Assembly: GCA_025558095.1 (NCBI GenBank)
Contig: JAIVFI010000001.1
Coordinates: forward strand, 1,426,001-1,490,000
Direction of reading: 5' to 3'
DNA: 64,000 bases
Source of the DNA: Hyaloraphidium curvatum SAG 235-1
Taxonomy: Eukaryota > Fungi > Monoblepharomycota
Below the pieces are notes generated by a model. The model saw nothing but the letters and a program-made list of their open reading frames with translations. It ran no database searches and had not been told where the DNA came from. Positions 13,352 to 22,533 of the stretch are shown piece after piece. A program made the translations under genes and the position numbers. Each line of letters starts with the position of its first letter. Position 1 is the stretch's first letter.

Positions 13352-16300
13352 CTACGCCCCAAGAATCAGCTCCTCATCTACATTCAAACCAAAAGCGACC
13401 GGCGCGGGGGCCGGAGCGTTGACAGCGGCGGCTTCGGTGCACAGCTGAAGCCAGTGTTGGAGTTGGGCCGCGACGCCAAGAGCCCAGGCCACCGCGATCC
13501 GTTCGCGGAAGCGCCGCACAAAACGAGAGTAAAGGCCATCGAGGTCCACGGGCTGCCCATCGCGGCCGACGATCCCGGGATACTGGATGCGCCCCATCTC
13601 CGAGGAGAAGCGCGAGAAAGTGGCAGAGACAGCGCTGTACGAATCAAAAGCAAGCACGATCAGAGGGTAGAAGTTGGCGTTGAAGGCGAAACGGGAGTAG
13701 TCCTTCCTGGCGGCCTCGACCCGCCGTTCGACTGCGTGGCCCGGGACCGAGAAGACCAGGCCCGTGTGCAAATGGGCCATAGAGGTGAGGGTCTTGATCT
13801 CGAGCAACCACCGTTTCCGGGTTTCGCGGTGCGTGATGAGAATGTCGCCAAGGCGGCCAGCATCCGCAGGCGTGGGCGGGGTGACAGTCTCGTAGCCATG
13901 CGCAAGGAGGTTTGGCGGCATGGGGTGCACGCGGAGGAGCGGGATGGAGCGAAGCGCCGCGCGGATGGCCGCGCAAATGTCGTCGTGACCAGGACTGAAG
14001 AGATCCCGGCCATAGCAGCCCGAGAACGCGTGCTCCCCCGTCAGCGACATGGCCGATCGCTTGCAGCCCCGCCGGCAGGGCAAGGAAAGACCAGGGTAGT
14101 CGGCCTCGTGCAGGAGCGGGAGGCAAAGCCGGAAGCGTACAAGTAAGCGGAAAAAGTTGTTGCGAATGTGGTTGGCAAGCAGCGCGGGAGAGGCAGTCAG
14201 GAAAGCCGACAGGCCGTCCTGCGCCTGGACGAGCCGCTTGCGGCGCTCCAGACCAGCGGAAGTGTCGGGTTGCAAGGCAATCAGAGCCGCGAGGCGGCGC
14301 TGGTCCTCGAGACGCGTAAGGTCGCTCTGCAGGCCGTGCCAGACCGGCTGAGCGAAGAAACTGGCGTCCGCAGGGAGCGTACGGCGGGCGGGCGCGGCGC
14401 CCACCGGTTGCCCAGCACGCGCAGCCTCGGCGTACGCTGCGGCCGTGTCATCCTCGACACGCTCAAAGGCGGGGCGGAGGGCCTCGATGACGGGAACCAG
14501 TTCCCGCACGTGCTCCACGCCCACACCCCGGGCCGAGGTTCGAAGACCAAGCATGGCGTCCAAGGGGCCCGCCGTGAGGTTGAGTGAAGACAGGTAAGCC
14601 GCCGAGGCCACCTTCTCCGATGACAGAAGCCCCATCCCCGAGTAGTGCAGACCCAAGAATACCTGCTCCCGCACAGTCCGACCCTCCACCGACAGCGGAT
14701 CCAGATCCTCGGCCCGATCTCCCAGCAAGCGCAAGAAGGTGGTGAAAAGCGCGTTGTCAAGACGTCGAGCAAAGGGTTGGGTAACCGAGGGGGGGAGAAT
14801 GCGGAGCCAAAACGAGAAGAGCTGGGTCACACAGAGACGGAGGAGGGAGTACAGGCCCTGGAGGGAGGGGATGTCGGCCGGCATGGCGTAGCCGAGCGCG
14901 GCGCGCTCGATTTCATCGAGAAGAGCGGCAATGGAGTCGATCTTGGCCGCGAGGAACGACTCCACATAGGCAGGGGTGCCGACCGGGGCACCTACCACCT
15001 TGAGGCCGCACGAGCGAGCGAAGTCAGGCGAGCCCGGGGCCGACGCCGTGGCATGCACCTCGGGGTCGGCCTCGTGAGGCGGGAAGCCAGCGACGCGGAT
15101 GTTGTGGGCCGCACCGGCCGCGCGCACCCGCTCCAGCACGGCCGGGTTCGTCGAGAGCGAAAGCAGGTAGCTCTTGTCCGGGCGGTGGGTCATGCCGAGG
15201 GAAGAAAGGCCGTCACGCACCTCTCCCAGGACGGCCATGACCGAGTCCAGCGGCCCGACCACGGTGAGGTCGTCGAGGTACCCAAGGATGAGGCAGTCGG
15301 GGTGCCCAGAGCGGATGGGCCGCAGCATGCGGCTCATGGCGCAGGAGAAGATGGCAGACGACAGCGGGTCGCCCTGGATGTTGCCCTCGTACATGGTGAT
15401 CCGGAAAAGGAGCTCCGCCGAGCGCCGGTCGCGGAAGTAGGCGTGGGAAGGGCGCGAGTAAACGAGGTTGTAGTACGGGATAAGCTGAGGCACCTGGCGG
15501 ACCACCTCGCGCGCGAAGAGGCGGCGCAGCGTATTGAAGGCGTTCCTAGAGTCGACCTTCATGACGACGTGGTCGGGGAAGGCCGCCAGCCACGCGTTCA
15601 CCGCGTGGGCGGTCGCCTCCGCGCCCCCGTCCACCCCGTGACCCAGGTCCTCCTGCTGTTGGAGCTTCCTCAGAAGAGCCTTGTGCCGCACGGCCAGGTA
15701 CGAGCCCGCGAGCCGCATGATGCCCTCCATAATGCCAATCGGCCGGAGCCCCCCCTCCGGCTTGAGCAGAGGGACGAGGATTTGATCCGTGAGGAGCGGC
15801 CGGAGCATGGGGGTGTCGAGTCGGCCAGTGCACACGCCGTGCACCATGGCCGCCAGCGGGCGGAGCTTCCGCCGCGTCGCGTCGTTCTCGCAGTTGTGCA
15901 CGATGAAAAGTTTGGCCATGCTGAAACCCGACATGCCGGCCCCCACGCCGTCCTTCTTCCGGCGCAACCGGGCCCAGATGTCCTCCAGGAAAGCCGCGTC
16001 CGTGTAGGCAGGGCAGGGCGCGGGCGCGTTGGGGGGCAGAGACAGCCGACACAGCGGCTCTCCCTCCCGCGGCCCCGGGTACAGCTCCTCCAGTTCCGCC
16101 TGAAGCGTGGGCGTGAAGCCAGCCGGAACGGCCTCCCCCGAGAGGGCCGCGGACGCAGCACCAGGAGCGCCCTTCAAGGCGGCAAGCACGATGGACTTGA
16201 AGAGCTGGTAGTTGAGCGGCCGCAGCCCGTCCCGCCGCGCGCCCCGGTTGACCTGACGGGCGGCGAAGTAGTTCTGCTCGTACATGTAGTCCCCCGACAT

Positions 16301-17263
16301 GACGTAGCCGCCAAACGCAAGGTAGGCGGTGAGAGTGCGGTGCAGGTCGGTTTCCGGTGCCGCCGGGTCCTCGTAGGCCCGTTGGAAAGACTCGCTGGCC
16401 CGGAAGGCGAGCGTGCTCCAGGTGGTGGTCCGGTAGCGGTGCTTCAGCGGCTCCGGCGGCGGCGCCCCCGCGCCCCCGCCCGGCGGCGGATCAGGCCCGG
16501 GACCCCCGGGTGGACCACCGTCGCCCGGGTCGCCCGGATCACCGCCGTTGCCGTGCCCGCCAGCCGCGGCGTTGCCGCCCGGCGCGCCGTCGCCGCCTGG
16601 GGGATCACCGCCGTCCGGGGCGGCACGCGCCGCCGCCGCCGCCGCCGCCAGCGCCGCCCGTTGCGCCTGGCCGTCCTGCGGGGCGTCGGCCGCAACCCGG
16701 GCGGCCGCAAGGGCCGCCATCAGCGCGGGCGCGGGTGGCGAAGCACGGGGAGATGCCGACGATGCCGCTGGTGACGCCGGTCCCTCCGCGCGTCCCGTGG
16801 CAGCCGCCCGCTCGGCACGCACGCGGTCGAGGAACTCGACGAGATCGGGTGGAAGCGAAGCTAAAGAGACGCCGAGTGGCGGGTTAGCTGCGTCCGGGTT
16901 GCACGAGGTGTGCTGTCCAGAAACACCGGCACCAGAGGCGTTTGCGGCGTAGGGACGCCGGCAACCCCCGCACCGCGCTAGCCCCATGGCGCGCAACGCA
17001 TCGGCAGACAGGCGCTGCATCGCCAACCAGTGCTCCGGGCTCCGTGTGACCCGAAGATGACCGTCCCGTTTGTTTTTGTTTGGAGTTGGCTGGAAGCGGC
17101 AACCATCAACCGGGCACGCATGGAGGCCGGGTTCAGCAGGCGCCTCCGCCATCGGCACATCGCCGTTGATGCAAGATTGGTGATGATGAGATAGAGCTCC
17201 GATGTTGGCGAAAGCTGCCGCGCAGCGGTGGCAGCTGTAAGGCAGGAGCGGCGTGCGGCTCAT
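13352..17263 (-). CDS. 1303-aa retrotransposon protein: N-terminal zinc fingers, reverse transcriptase, Cys/His knuckle, restriction-like endonuclease
   Basis: CHRC..HHHQSC and CPVDGC..H; RT motifs LRPIGIMEGIMRL, GHGVDGGAEATAH, KVDSRNAFN, QGDPLS, YLDD and VVGAPVG; CRRGC..EHAFSGC; RLE GHDD..RLGDIL..LLEIK..RKDY. Uninterrupted and intronless. Confidence 0.92.
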   Translation of the reverse strand: MSRTPLLPYSCHRCAAAFANIGALSHHHQSCINGDVPMAEAPAEPGLHACPVDGCRFQPTPNKNKRDGHLRVTRSPEHWLAMQRLSADALRAMGLARCGGCRRPYAANASGAGVSGQHTSCNPDAANPPLGVSLASLPPDLVEFLDRVRAERAAATGRAEGPASPAASSASPRASPPAPALMAALAAARVAADAPQDGQAQRAALAAAAAAARAAPDGGDPPGGDGAPGGNAAAGGHGNGGDPGDPGDGGPPGGPGPDPPPGGGAGAPPPEPLKHRYRTTTWSTLAFRASESFQRAYEDPAAPETDLHRTLTAYLAFGGYVMSGDYMYEQNYFAARQVNRGARRDGLRPLNYQLFKSIVLAALKGAPGAASAALSGEAVPAGFTPTLQAELEELYPGPREGEPLCRLSLPPNAPAPCPAYTDAAFLEDIWARLRRKKDGVGAGMSGFSMAKLFIVHNCENDATRRKLRPLAAMVHGVCTGRLDTPMLRPLLTDQILVPLLKPEGGLRPIGIMEGIMRLAGSYLAVRHKALLRKLQQQEDLGHGVDGGAEATAHAVNAWLAAFPDHVVMKVDSRNAFNTLRRLFAREVVRQVPQLIPYYNLVYSRPSHAYFRDRRSAELLFRITMYEGNIQGDPLSSAIFSCAMSRMLRPIRSGHPDCLILGYLDDLTVVGPLDSVMAVLGEVRDGLSSLGMTHRPDKSYLLSLSTNPAVLERVRAAGAAHNIRVAGFPPHEADPEVHATASAPGSPDFARSCGLKVVGAPVGTPAYVESFLAAKIDSIAALLDEIERAALGYAMPADIPSLQGLYSLLRLCVTQLFSFWLRILPPSVTQPFARRLDNALFTTFLRLLGDRAEDLDPLSVEGRTVREQVFLGLHYSGMGLLSSEKVASAAYLSSLNLTAGPLDAMLGLRTSARGVGVEHVRELVPVIEALRPAFERVEDDTAAAYAEAARAGQPVGAAPARRTLPADASFFAQPVWHGLQSDLTRLEDQRRLAALIALQPDTSAGLERRKRLVQAQDGLSAFLTASPALLANHIRNNFFRLLVRFRLCLPLLHEADYPGLSLPCRRGCKRSAMSLTGEHAFSGCYGRDLFSPGHDDICAAIRAALRSIPLLRVHPMPPNLLAHGYETVTPPTPADAGRLGDILITHRETRKRWLLEIKTLTSMAHLHTGLVFSVPGHAVERRVEAARKDYSRFAFNANFYPLIVLAFDSYSAVSATFSRFSSEMGRIQYPGIVGRDGQPVDLDGLYSRFVRRFRERIAVAWALGVAAQLQHWLQLCTEAAAVNAPAPAPVAFGLNVDEELILGA

Positions 17264-18111
17264 GGCGAATACGGTGGCGGCGGCGATGCCGGTGTCCCGC
17301 CGCCAGGATCAGCTACCGCGGACGGTGCCTTGTCCGACGAGATCTCCCAATCGTCGAGCGCATGTGTCCGCATCCAAACCTCCTGTGACTCGGTCAGGTC
17401 GCCCCCCGCCCTGTGCCAGGCCGCAAGCGCCGACCACGCGTCACCGATAGCATCACGGCCGCCGTCATCGAGGAGCTCGGAACCTGGCCATTCGAGGTGC
17501 GCCGGCGAACCGGGCTCCGTGTGAGCATACCAAGGAGGCAAGGTGCGCGTCGGAGTGGATACTTCCGAGGAGCTCTGCCCCCCCCCGGCCATTGGTGCCG
17601 GCGGCGTGCCGGGGGTTGTGCGGGGCGGCGCAGGCGGCAGCTGCAAGCTCGGCACGGCGGTTGCAGCTGGGGTTTCCCACGGAGGATGGCCTGGGTGCGC
17701 CGAGAGCATGGAAGCGGCCGAAGCCGGGGCATCAGCGATCAAGATCTGCGATGACGAGGAGGGAGATACTTCCGAGCATGCCGCCCCTTTCCCCCCCGCT
17801 GGTGCCGGCAAGCGGGAGGAGCCGCGGGGCGGCGTGGGCAGAGTGTGACCCTCGGCCAAGCTAGGCACGGCATTTGGCCGAGGGGCCCCGGGGGACGCGG
17901 GGTCAATGTCGGAAGTCTCCCCTGCTGCCGCGAACGGCCTCGGAACTCGGTGAGACGTTGTAGATAGTGGTAGTTGGCGTACCGGTGAAGACTGCAAAAC
18001 AGCAAAAGATGGAGGGGCTGACCGCGCCCGGGAGGTATCCGGACGAGCTCGGCGCCGAGAAGAGCAGCCCACTACTCGGCGTTGCCACTTGCTTGGTGGT
18101 GTTTTAGGCAT
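17260..18111 (-). CDS. Hypothetical Pro/Ser-rich ORF upstream of the RT ORF (possible ORF1)
   Basis: 283-aa ORF whose TGA overlaps the RT ATG (ATGA at 17260-17263); Trp/acidic segment near the C-terminus; no recognised domain. Confidence 0.35.
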   Translation of the reverse strand: MPKTPPSKWQRRVVGCSSRRRARPDTSRARSAPPSFAVLQSSPVRQLPLSTTSHRVPRPFAAAGETSDIDPASPGAPRPNAVPSLAEGHTLPTPPRGSSRLPAPAGGKGAACSEVSPSSSSQILIADAPASAASMLSAHPGHPPWETPAATAVPSLQLPPAPPRTTPGTPPAPMAGGGQSSSEVSTPTRTLPPWYAHTEPGSPAHLEWPGSELLDDGGRDAIGDAWSALAAWHRAGGDLTESQEVWMRTHALDDWEISSDKAPSAVADPGGGTPASPPPPYSP

Positions 18112-18385
18112 TCAAGGACGGTGAGCCAGGAGCCGGCAGCAGGGATCCGGTTGACGTGGAGGCGGCCTTGGCCTGGGGGGAGCCGAGCTTGCGAACGGCC
18201 GCCTTGGCCTTCCGTTCCGCTTTGGCGGATTTGACGTCGATTTGCTGATACGGCTTGGCAACCTTGTCCGGGTTTGTCCCTGCCACATCCTCCACGGGAC
18301 GGCCCTTGCCTGCGTGCTTGGGGCCTGGGGCCATCGTAGGATCACCAACCGCGGATGCCCCAGCGGCCTCATCGGCCGTGTGCAT
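18104..18385 (-). CDS. Short basic hypothetical ORF at the 5' end of the retroelement
   Basis: 93 aa, Lys/Ala-rich; overlaps the next ORF start by 8 nt (ATGCCTAA). Confidence 0.25.
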   Translation of the reverse strand: MHTADEAAGASAVGDPTMAPGPKHAGKGRPVEDVAGTNPDKVAKPYQQIDVKSAKAERKAKAAVRKLGSPQAKAASTSTGSLLPAPGSPSLNA

Positions 18386-18484
18386 GTCTTCGCTTGGTGC
18401 CTCCGAGTTCCAGAATGAACGGGAGCCTCTAAGAAACCAACAACTAAGCCAACCACAATACCTCCCGGCATCCTGCTCGTACTA

Positions 18485-18758
18485 CGGCGATTGGTTACGC
18501 CGACTCCGGAGCAATGAACCCTACCTCCATTTGTTTTGGTTCCTGCTCCCGCCCGCCGGGGTCTTCTCAGTATCACTGATCGCCCGGAGAAACCGAGCCC
18601 GCGGATAGATGCCCCGCCCGATCAAAACATCATTGCATAGCTCAGTCGGGATCGGATCGGCCACGACCCTTGCTTTCGAGAGCGAACTCAAGATCGCAAG
18701 AGTTGACCGTTGAGCGGGATCGTCACACACACAGGAGTCGTTGGAGGGCCAAAAGACC
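18485..18758 (-). ncRNA. Candidate Fanzor omegaRNA scaffold
   Basis: Lies directly 3' of the spliced Fanzor stop. Consecutive hairpins at 18658-18709 (with an internal GAG-UUCG-CUC loop), 18617-18650, 18582-18598, 18567-18579, 18508-18549 and 18485-18502. Ends not determined. Confidence 0.55.
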
Positions 18759-21700
18759 CTAGTTGACGATGACACCCGCGCTCGCCGGATCGCGTCCCTC
18801 GAAGTTGGCCCTCCGCGTCGAGTAGAACACGGGAGGCCTGCCTCCGTGGAGGATCTCCGACAAGGCAATGGTGCGGATGTTGGTGGCAGCCATGACGTCC
18901 CTGCGGCCGAAGTGTCAGGAGCTGCGTAACGAGAACCCAAGGCAACGAACCGATTCCAGCACTTGATCAAACAATCCGGATTTCTGCAATCCTTGATCTG
19001 GTAGTGCCCGTTCTTCGGGTGTTGTTTGCCGACCCTTTCCCAGCATGCCGCGCAGATCTGCGACGTCATGTCTTCCTCCACGTCCTCGGTGACCGTGACG
19101 CTGCGGCGGCGCAGGATGCGCTTCAGCCACGCCAGTGCCGACCCTGGCGTCGTTACGCCGCCGCGCATGTTGTGACGGAACCTGGCCTTGCCGAACGCAA
19201 GTATAAGGCGCTCCGCTTCGACGCCGCAGCCCTTGATGACCTTCTCGGCAACGGCTTCCTGCGCGGTGTGCTTGCCGATGTACCGGTCGAACCGAGACCG
19301 CCGGTGGACCTTTGTCCCGTAGAAGCCGACGATCGTGGAGAGGTGCTTGAGACAGTGGTGGATGTACAGCTTGGTGTCCGCGACCGTGGAGGCCTTGGCG
19401 ACGGGCGTGTCGCGCTCGATCTCGAGGATGGACGGGTGCCGCTTCTTGCGCTGGTTTGCTTTCCACGTGTTGTTCTTGTACCGGGCGAGGTGGTAGTACT
19501 CGCCCGCGGAGATGCTGACGGCCTTGCTGTTGCCGTGGTGCTTGTCGTCCCCCGGCGTCGAGAGGCCCGTCGAAACCGTGAGGATGGCTGTGCTGCCGGG
19601 GTCGAGCCCGGCAACGGACATGCCGGGGATCTTGATGTCGGAGAACGACGTGCCGGGCTGCTCCTCTGACGGCTTCCGCACGCGAACCGTGATCGAGGCC
19701 TGCACGGCGTTGGTGGAGAAGGAGTAGTCGAAGTGCCTCGACAGGTTCTTGGCGCCGCCGGTGTTGACCTTCTCCGGCCGGAAGAACATGCGCCACCAGT
19801 GCTCCGGATCCTCGGCTTCCGCGGCGAGGTAGTCGGCCAGCGAGGTGGGCTCCTGGCCGAGCCGCCGCTGCGCCACCTGGAGGAGCTGGTGAAGAGCGAT
19901 GCGGTCGATGAGGATGTGCTTGGCTTCGGTCGAGAAGCGCGGGAGGACGTTGAAAGGCTTCACGAGCTTGTGGTTGTAGGGAAAGTTGCGGAGAGCGAAC
20001 TTCCTCTCGCTCTTGCTTAAGTTCTCCGTCCACTGCACTAGCTTCTTGCGCAGCTCCTCGTGCTCCCGCTGGATGCGGAACAGGACGTCGAAGAACCTCT
20101 GCCAGTGGTACGCTACCCAGTACGCGTTGAGGTAGAGACCCTTGAGCAGGTCGTCGCGCAGTTCGGTGTAGACGTCGCGGCAGATCTCCAGGAGCAGCGG
20201 GTCGGTCGTGACCTTGTCGTAGAGCTCGTTGTTAGGCAGCGTGAAGGGTCGGTTCGTGTTGGCGGGGTGCTCCCTCGGATCCCAGAACTTCAGGCTGTTG
20301 ACAAAGTGGGTCGCGATGGCCGTGGTTTCACCCTTGGTGAGCGTACGGCCCTGGTTTGGTTGCTGGGGGCCAAAACGACCGTGCTTGTGCAGCCGGATGC
20401 GAATCCTGCAGATCGTCCACGCGCGCACCCGATCGTGCAGGTTTTCCTTCACCGAGTTCATGGCAGCCGTCACGTAGCCTTGCGAAGCGGTCCGCATGAT
20501 CTGGCCGAGGCCAATCCGTGAGGTCCGCTTGTAACCATGACGAGCAGCTCGTTTGACGCAGCCCAGCCATTCCGTGTCGCGGAACGTGTTCAGAAGCGGC
20601 ACCAGAGTATCGGCGTGGTCTTCGTCGCCGTCGAGTGGCGCCGCCACGGCGAAGAAGGCGTTCAGGCCGAGGCTCATGTCCAGGTGAGGGTACCGAAGGT
20701 CCCCTCCCAGTAGCCGCAAGTCGCGCACGTACTTGAAGAAGAGGTCCATGAACAGAGACTTTTCGAACGAAAGCTTCGTGAACCGCCCGATGGCATCCTC
20801 GATGACCTCGTAGAGCGTGGCAGCTAGTTCCTCCTCTGGGCTCGCGGGTTCCCGCGCCGTCCGGTCCCCATACCTCAAGAACTTTTGGAATGCCATAACA
20901 ACGGTCCTCTGGGCAGACTGCGGGCCCATGAGCTCGTCCAGCGCCTCCTTGGGCGTGAGCTTCTTCAGATCGTTGATGTTGAACACGCAGGCCCCGGCGG
21001 TAACCTTCGAGTGACCCCTTTGTCCGCAGCCGTTGGCGCTCGTGTGGCACGCAGACATGTAGTGCACGTGCTCCTTGGCCCGGTGCTCAAACGATCCGCA
21101 CTGCGAACAGTACAGAGGCTCTACCCCGCCGTGCGCCGCGCGCGTGTGGCCCAGCGAGCCGCAGTGAACGAGGAAAGGCCGGCAACCGTTGGGCTCCTCT
21201 GCGGAAACGAAGCTATGCTTGTGCTCGAGCACGTGGTCCTCGTACGAGATCAGGGGGAACCACGAGTACAGCACGTTCTCGGACAGGAAGCCATTTGCGA
21301 CCATCTCCCACAGTTCCTCCTTTGAACGCGACGCCCAGATCCTCCCGGTGCACACGAGGGCGTCGCAAGGATGCGCGTGGGCGATGTCGCCATGGTCAAG
21401 CTCGCCACACGTGCCGCAGACCGAGTGGAAATCTTCGTCGTGGTCGAGCGTGTTGAGCGGGTCGCAGTGCGGGCACATGAAAGGCATGCGGGGATCGGGC
21501 CGCTTCAGATGTTCCTTGGCGTTGTGGTAGACGCTCCCGCATGGAAATAACTGGCAGCCGCTCCCGTCGCCGTGACCGGTATCCCAATGATCAGTGTTTC
21601 CGCAAAGCAGGGCGGGGCAACCGGTGGGCACGTTGGCCTGCTCCAGGTGGGCGGAGTACTCCGGCGGCAGGGCCGCCTGTGCGGCGGCGGCGGCGGCATC

Positions 21701-22051
21701 GTAGCCCTTCTTCTTCGGCTTCTTCGGTGGCGGAGGCTCTGCCGCGGCGCCCTCGCCGTCCGACAAGGGAGGAGACCGTGCCCGCTCCTTGCCTTTTGGC
21801 GTTGCCTTGGGCTGCTGCTTCTTTGTTGTTGACTTCTTGGGCACCGACTTCGTTGGCGGCGCGGAGTCCGAGTCGTCCCCCCGGACTCGGAATCGGACGA
21901 CTCGTCGAGCGGAAGCTGTGCCGTGACGTCGATCTCTGTCCTCCTTGGCTATTCCTCGAGCTGGTCGCTTCTTCGCCGGGTCCTTTGACGACCCTTTGCC
22001 CGCATCGCTGTCAGATTCCTTATCCGGAGTCCGTCTCCTCTTGGGCCCCAT
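18759..22051 (-). CDS. Fanzor (Fanzor1-like TnpB-derived RuvC nuclease), about 1080 aa; exons 22051-18951 and 18900-18759
   Basis: FSTNAVQASI; RuvC-I VAGLDPG; ISAGEYY; ILAFG; RuvC-II EEDMTSQ followed by the Zn ribbon CAAC..CRNPDC. After removing intron 18901-18950, RuvC-III reads WNRDVMAATNI..GGRPPVF. NLS-like PKRRR and PPKKPKKK. Confidence 0.9.
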
Positions 22052-22533
22052 GTCACTGCTATTGCAAACAATGTTAGAGCTCGATTGATCCTCGTCGACG
22101 GCCGAGGAAACGGACCTCGATGCGGTGACTTGGGCAGGGGTCGAGGTCGGAGGCAAAGGCGGCTCTAGTCACCAGCGTCCTGGAGGAGGTGCGAAGGAAC
22201 GAGGGCGAGGTCAGCATCGCGCACTTCGCGAACCGTGTACTTGCGGCCCACCTAGACCCGGCTGGTGCAGTGGATGGCCATGCGGCCGGCGAGGCGGACT
22301 CGGACTCGGCACCCGAATGCCATGCCGGCGGAGAGCGAAGCGGGCGCAGACTACCGACGTCTGAAAGAAAGAAGGTCAGCGGCTTCGTCGGAGGCAATCC
22401 CGAGTGGAGCTCACCAACGAGCTGCAGGAATTGTGAATGAGGTTGTGCTGACCACGGGCTCGCCTGGCTCGAGCACGGATCCCCACCGCGAATCCCGTCA
22501 ATCCTTGCACTCCCGGTTTCTTGAGGCCGGCAC

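Larger units (their letters stand above)
13305..18410 (-). mobile_element. Non-LTR retrotransposon of the CRE-like restriction-like-endonuclease group; boundaries set from a candidate TSD
   Basis: Contains the RT-RLE ORF. The direct repeat CAGAATGAA at 13296-13304 and 18411-18419 brackets the RT ORF plus two upstream ORFs. No poly(A) tail seen, so the boundaries are tentative. Confidence 0.65.

Noticed and set aside
16627-16650. (GCC)n run
   Set aside because: Encodes poly-Ala within the retroelement ORF; ordinary low complexity.
18028-18468. 11-bp inverted repeat CCGGGAGGTAT / ATACCTCCCGG as a TIR pair or guide self-target
   Set aside because: Short and GC-rich, with no flanking TSD; compatible with chance.
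18521-18950. C-terminal ~140 aa of the 1211-aa ORF in the track
   Set aside because: Read-through of an intron and the 3' non-coding region; splicing gives the canonical RuvC-III and a stop at 18759.
22052-22533. Left terminus, TIR or Helitron-type end for the Fanzor element
   Set aside because: No convincing inverted repeat to the 3' side, no hairpin-CTRR end and no transposase found by eye.
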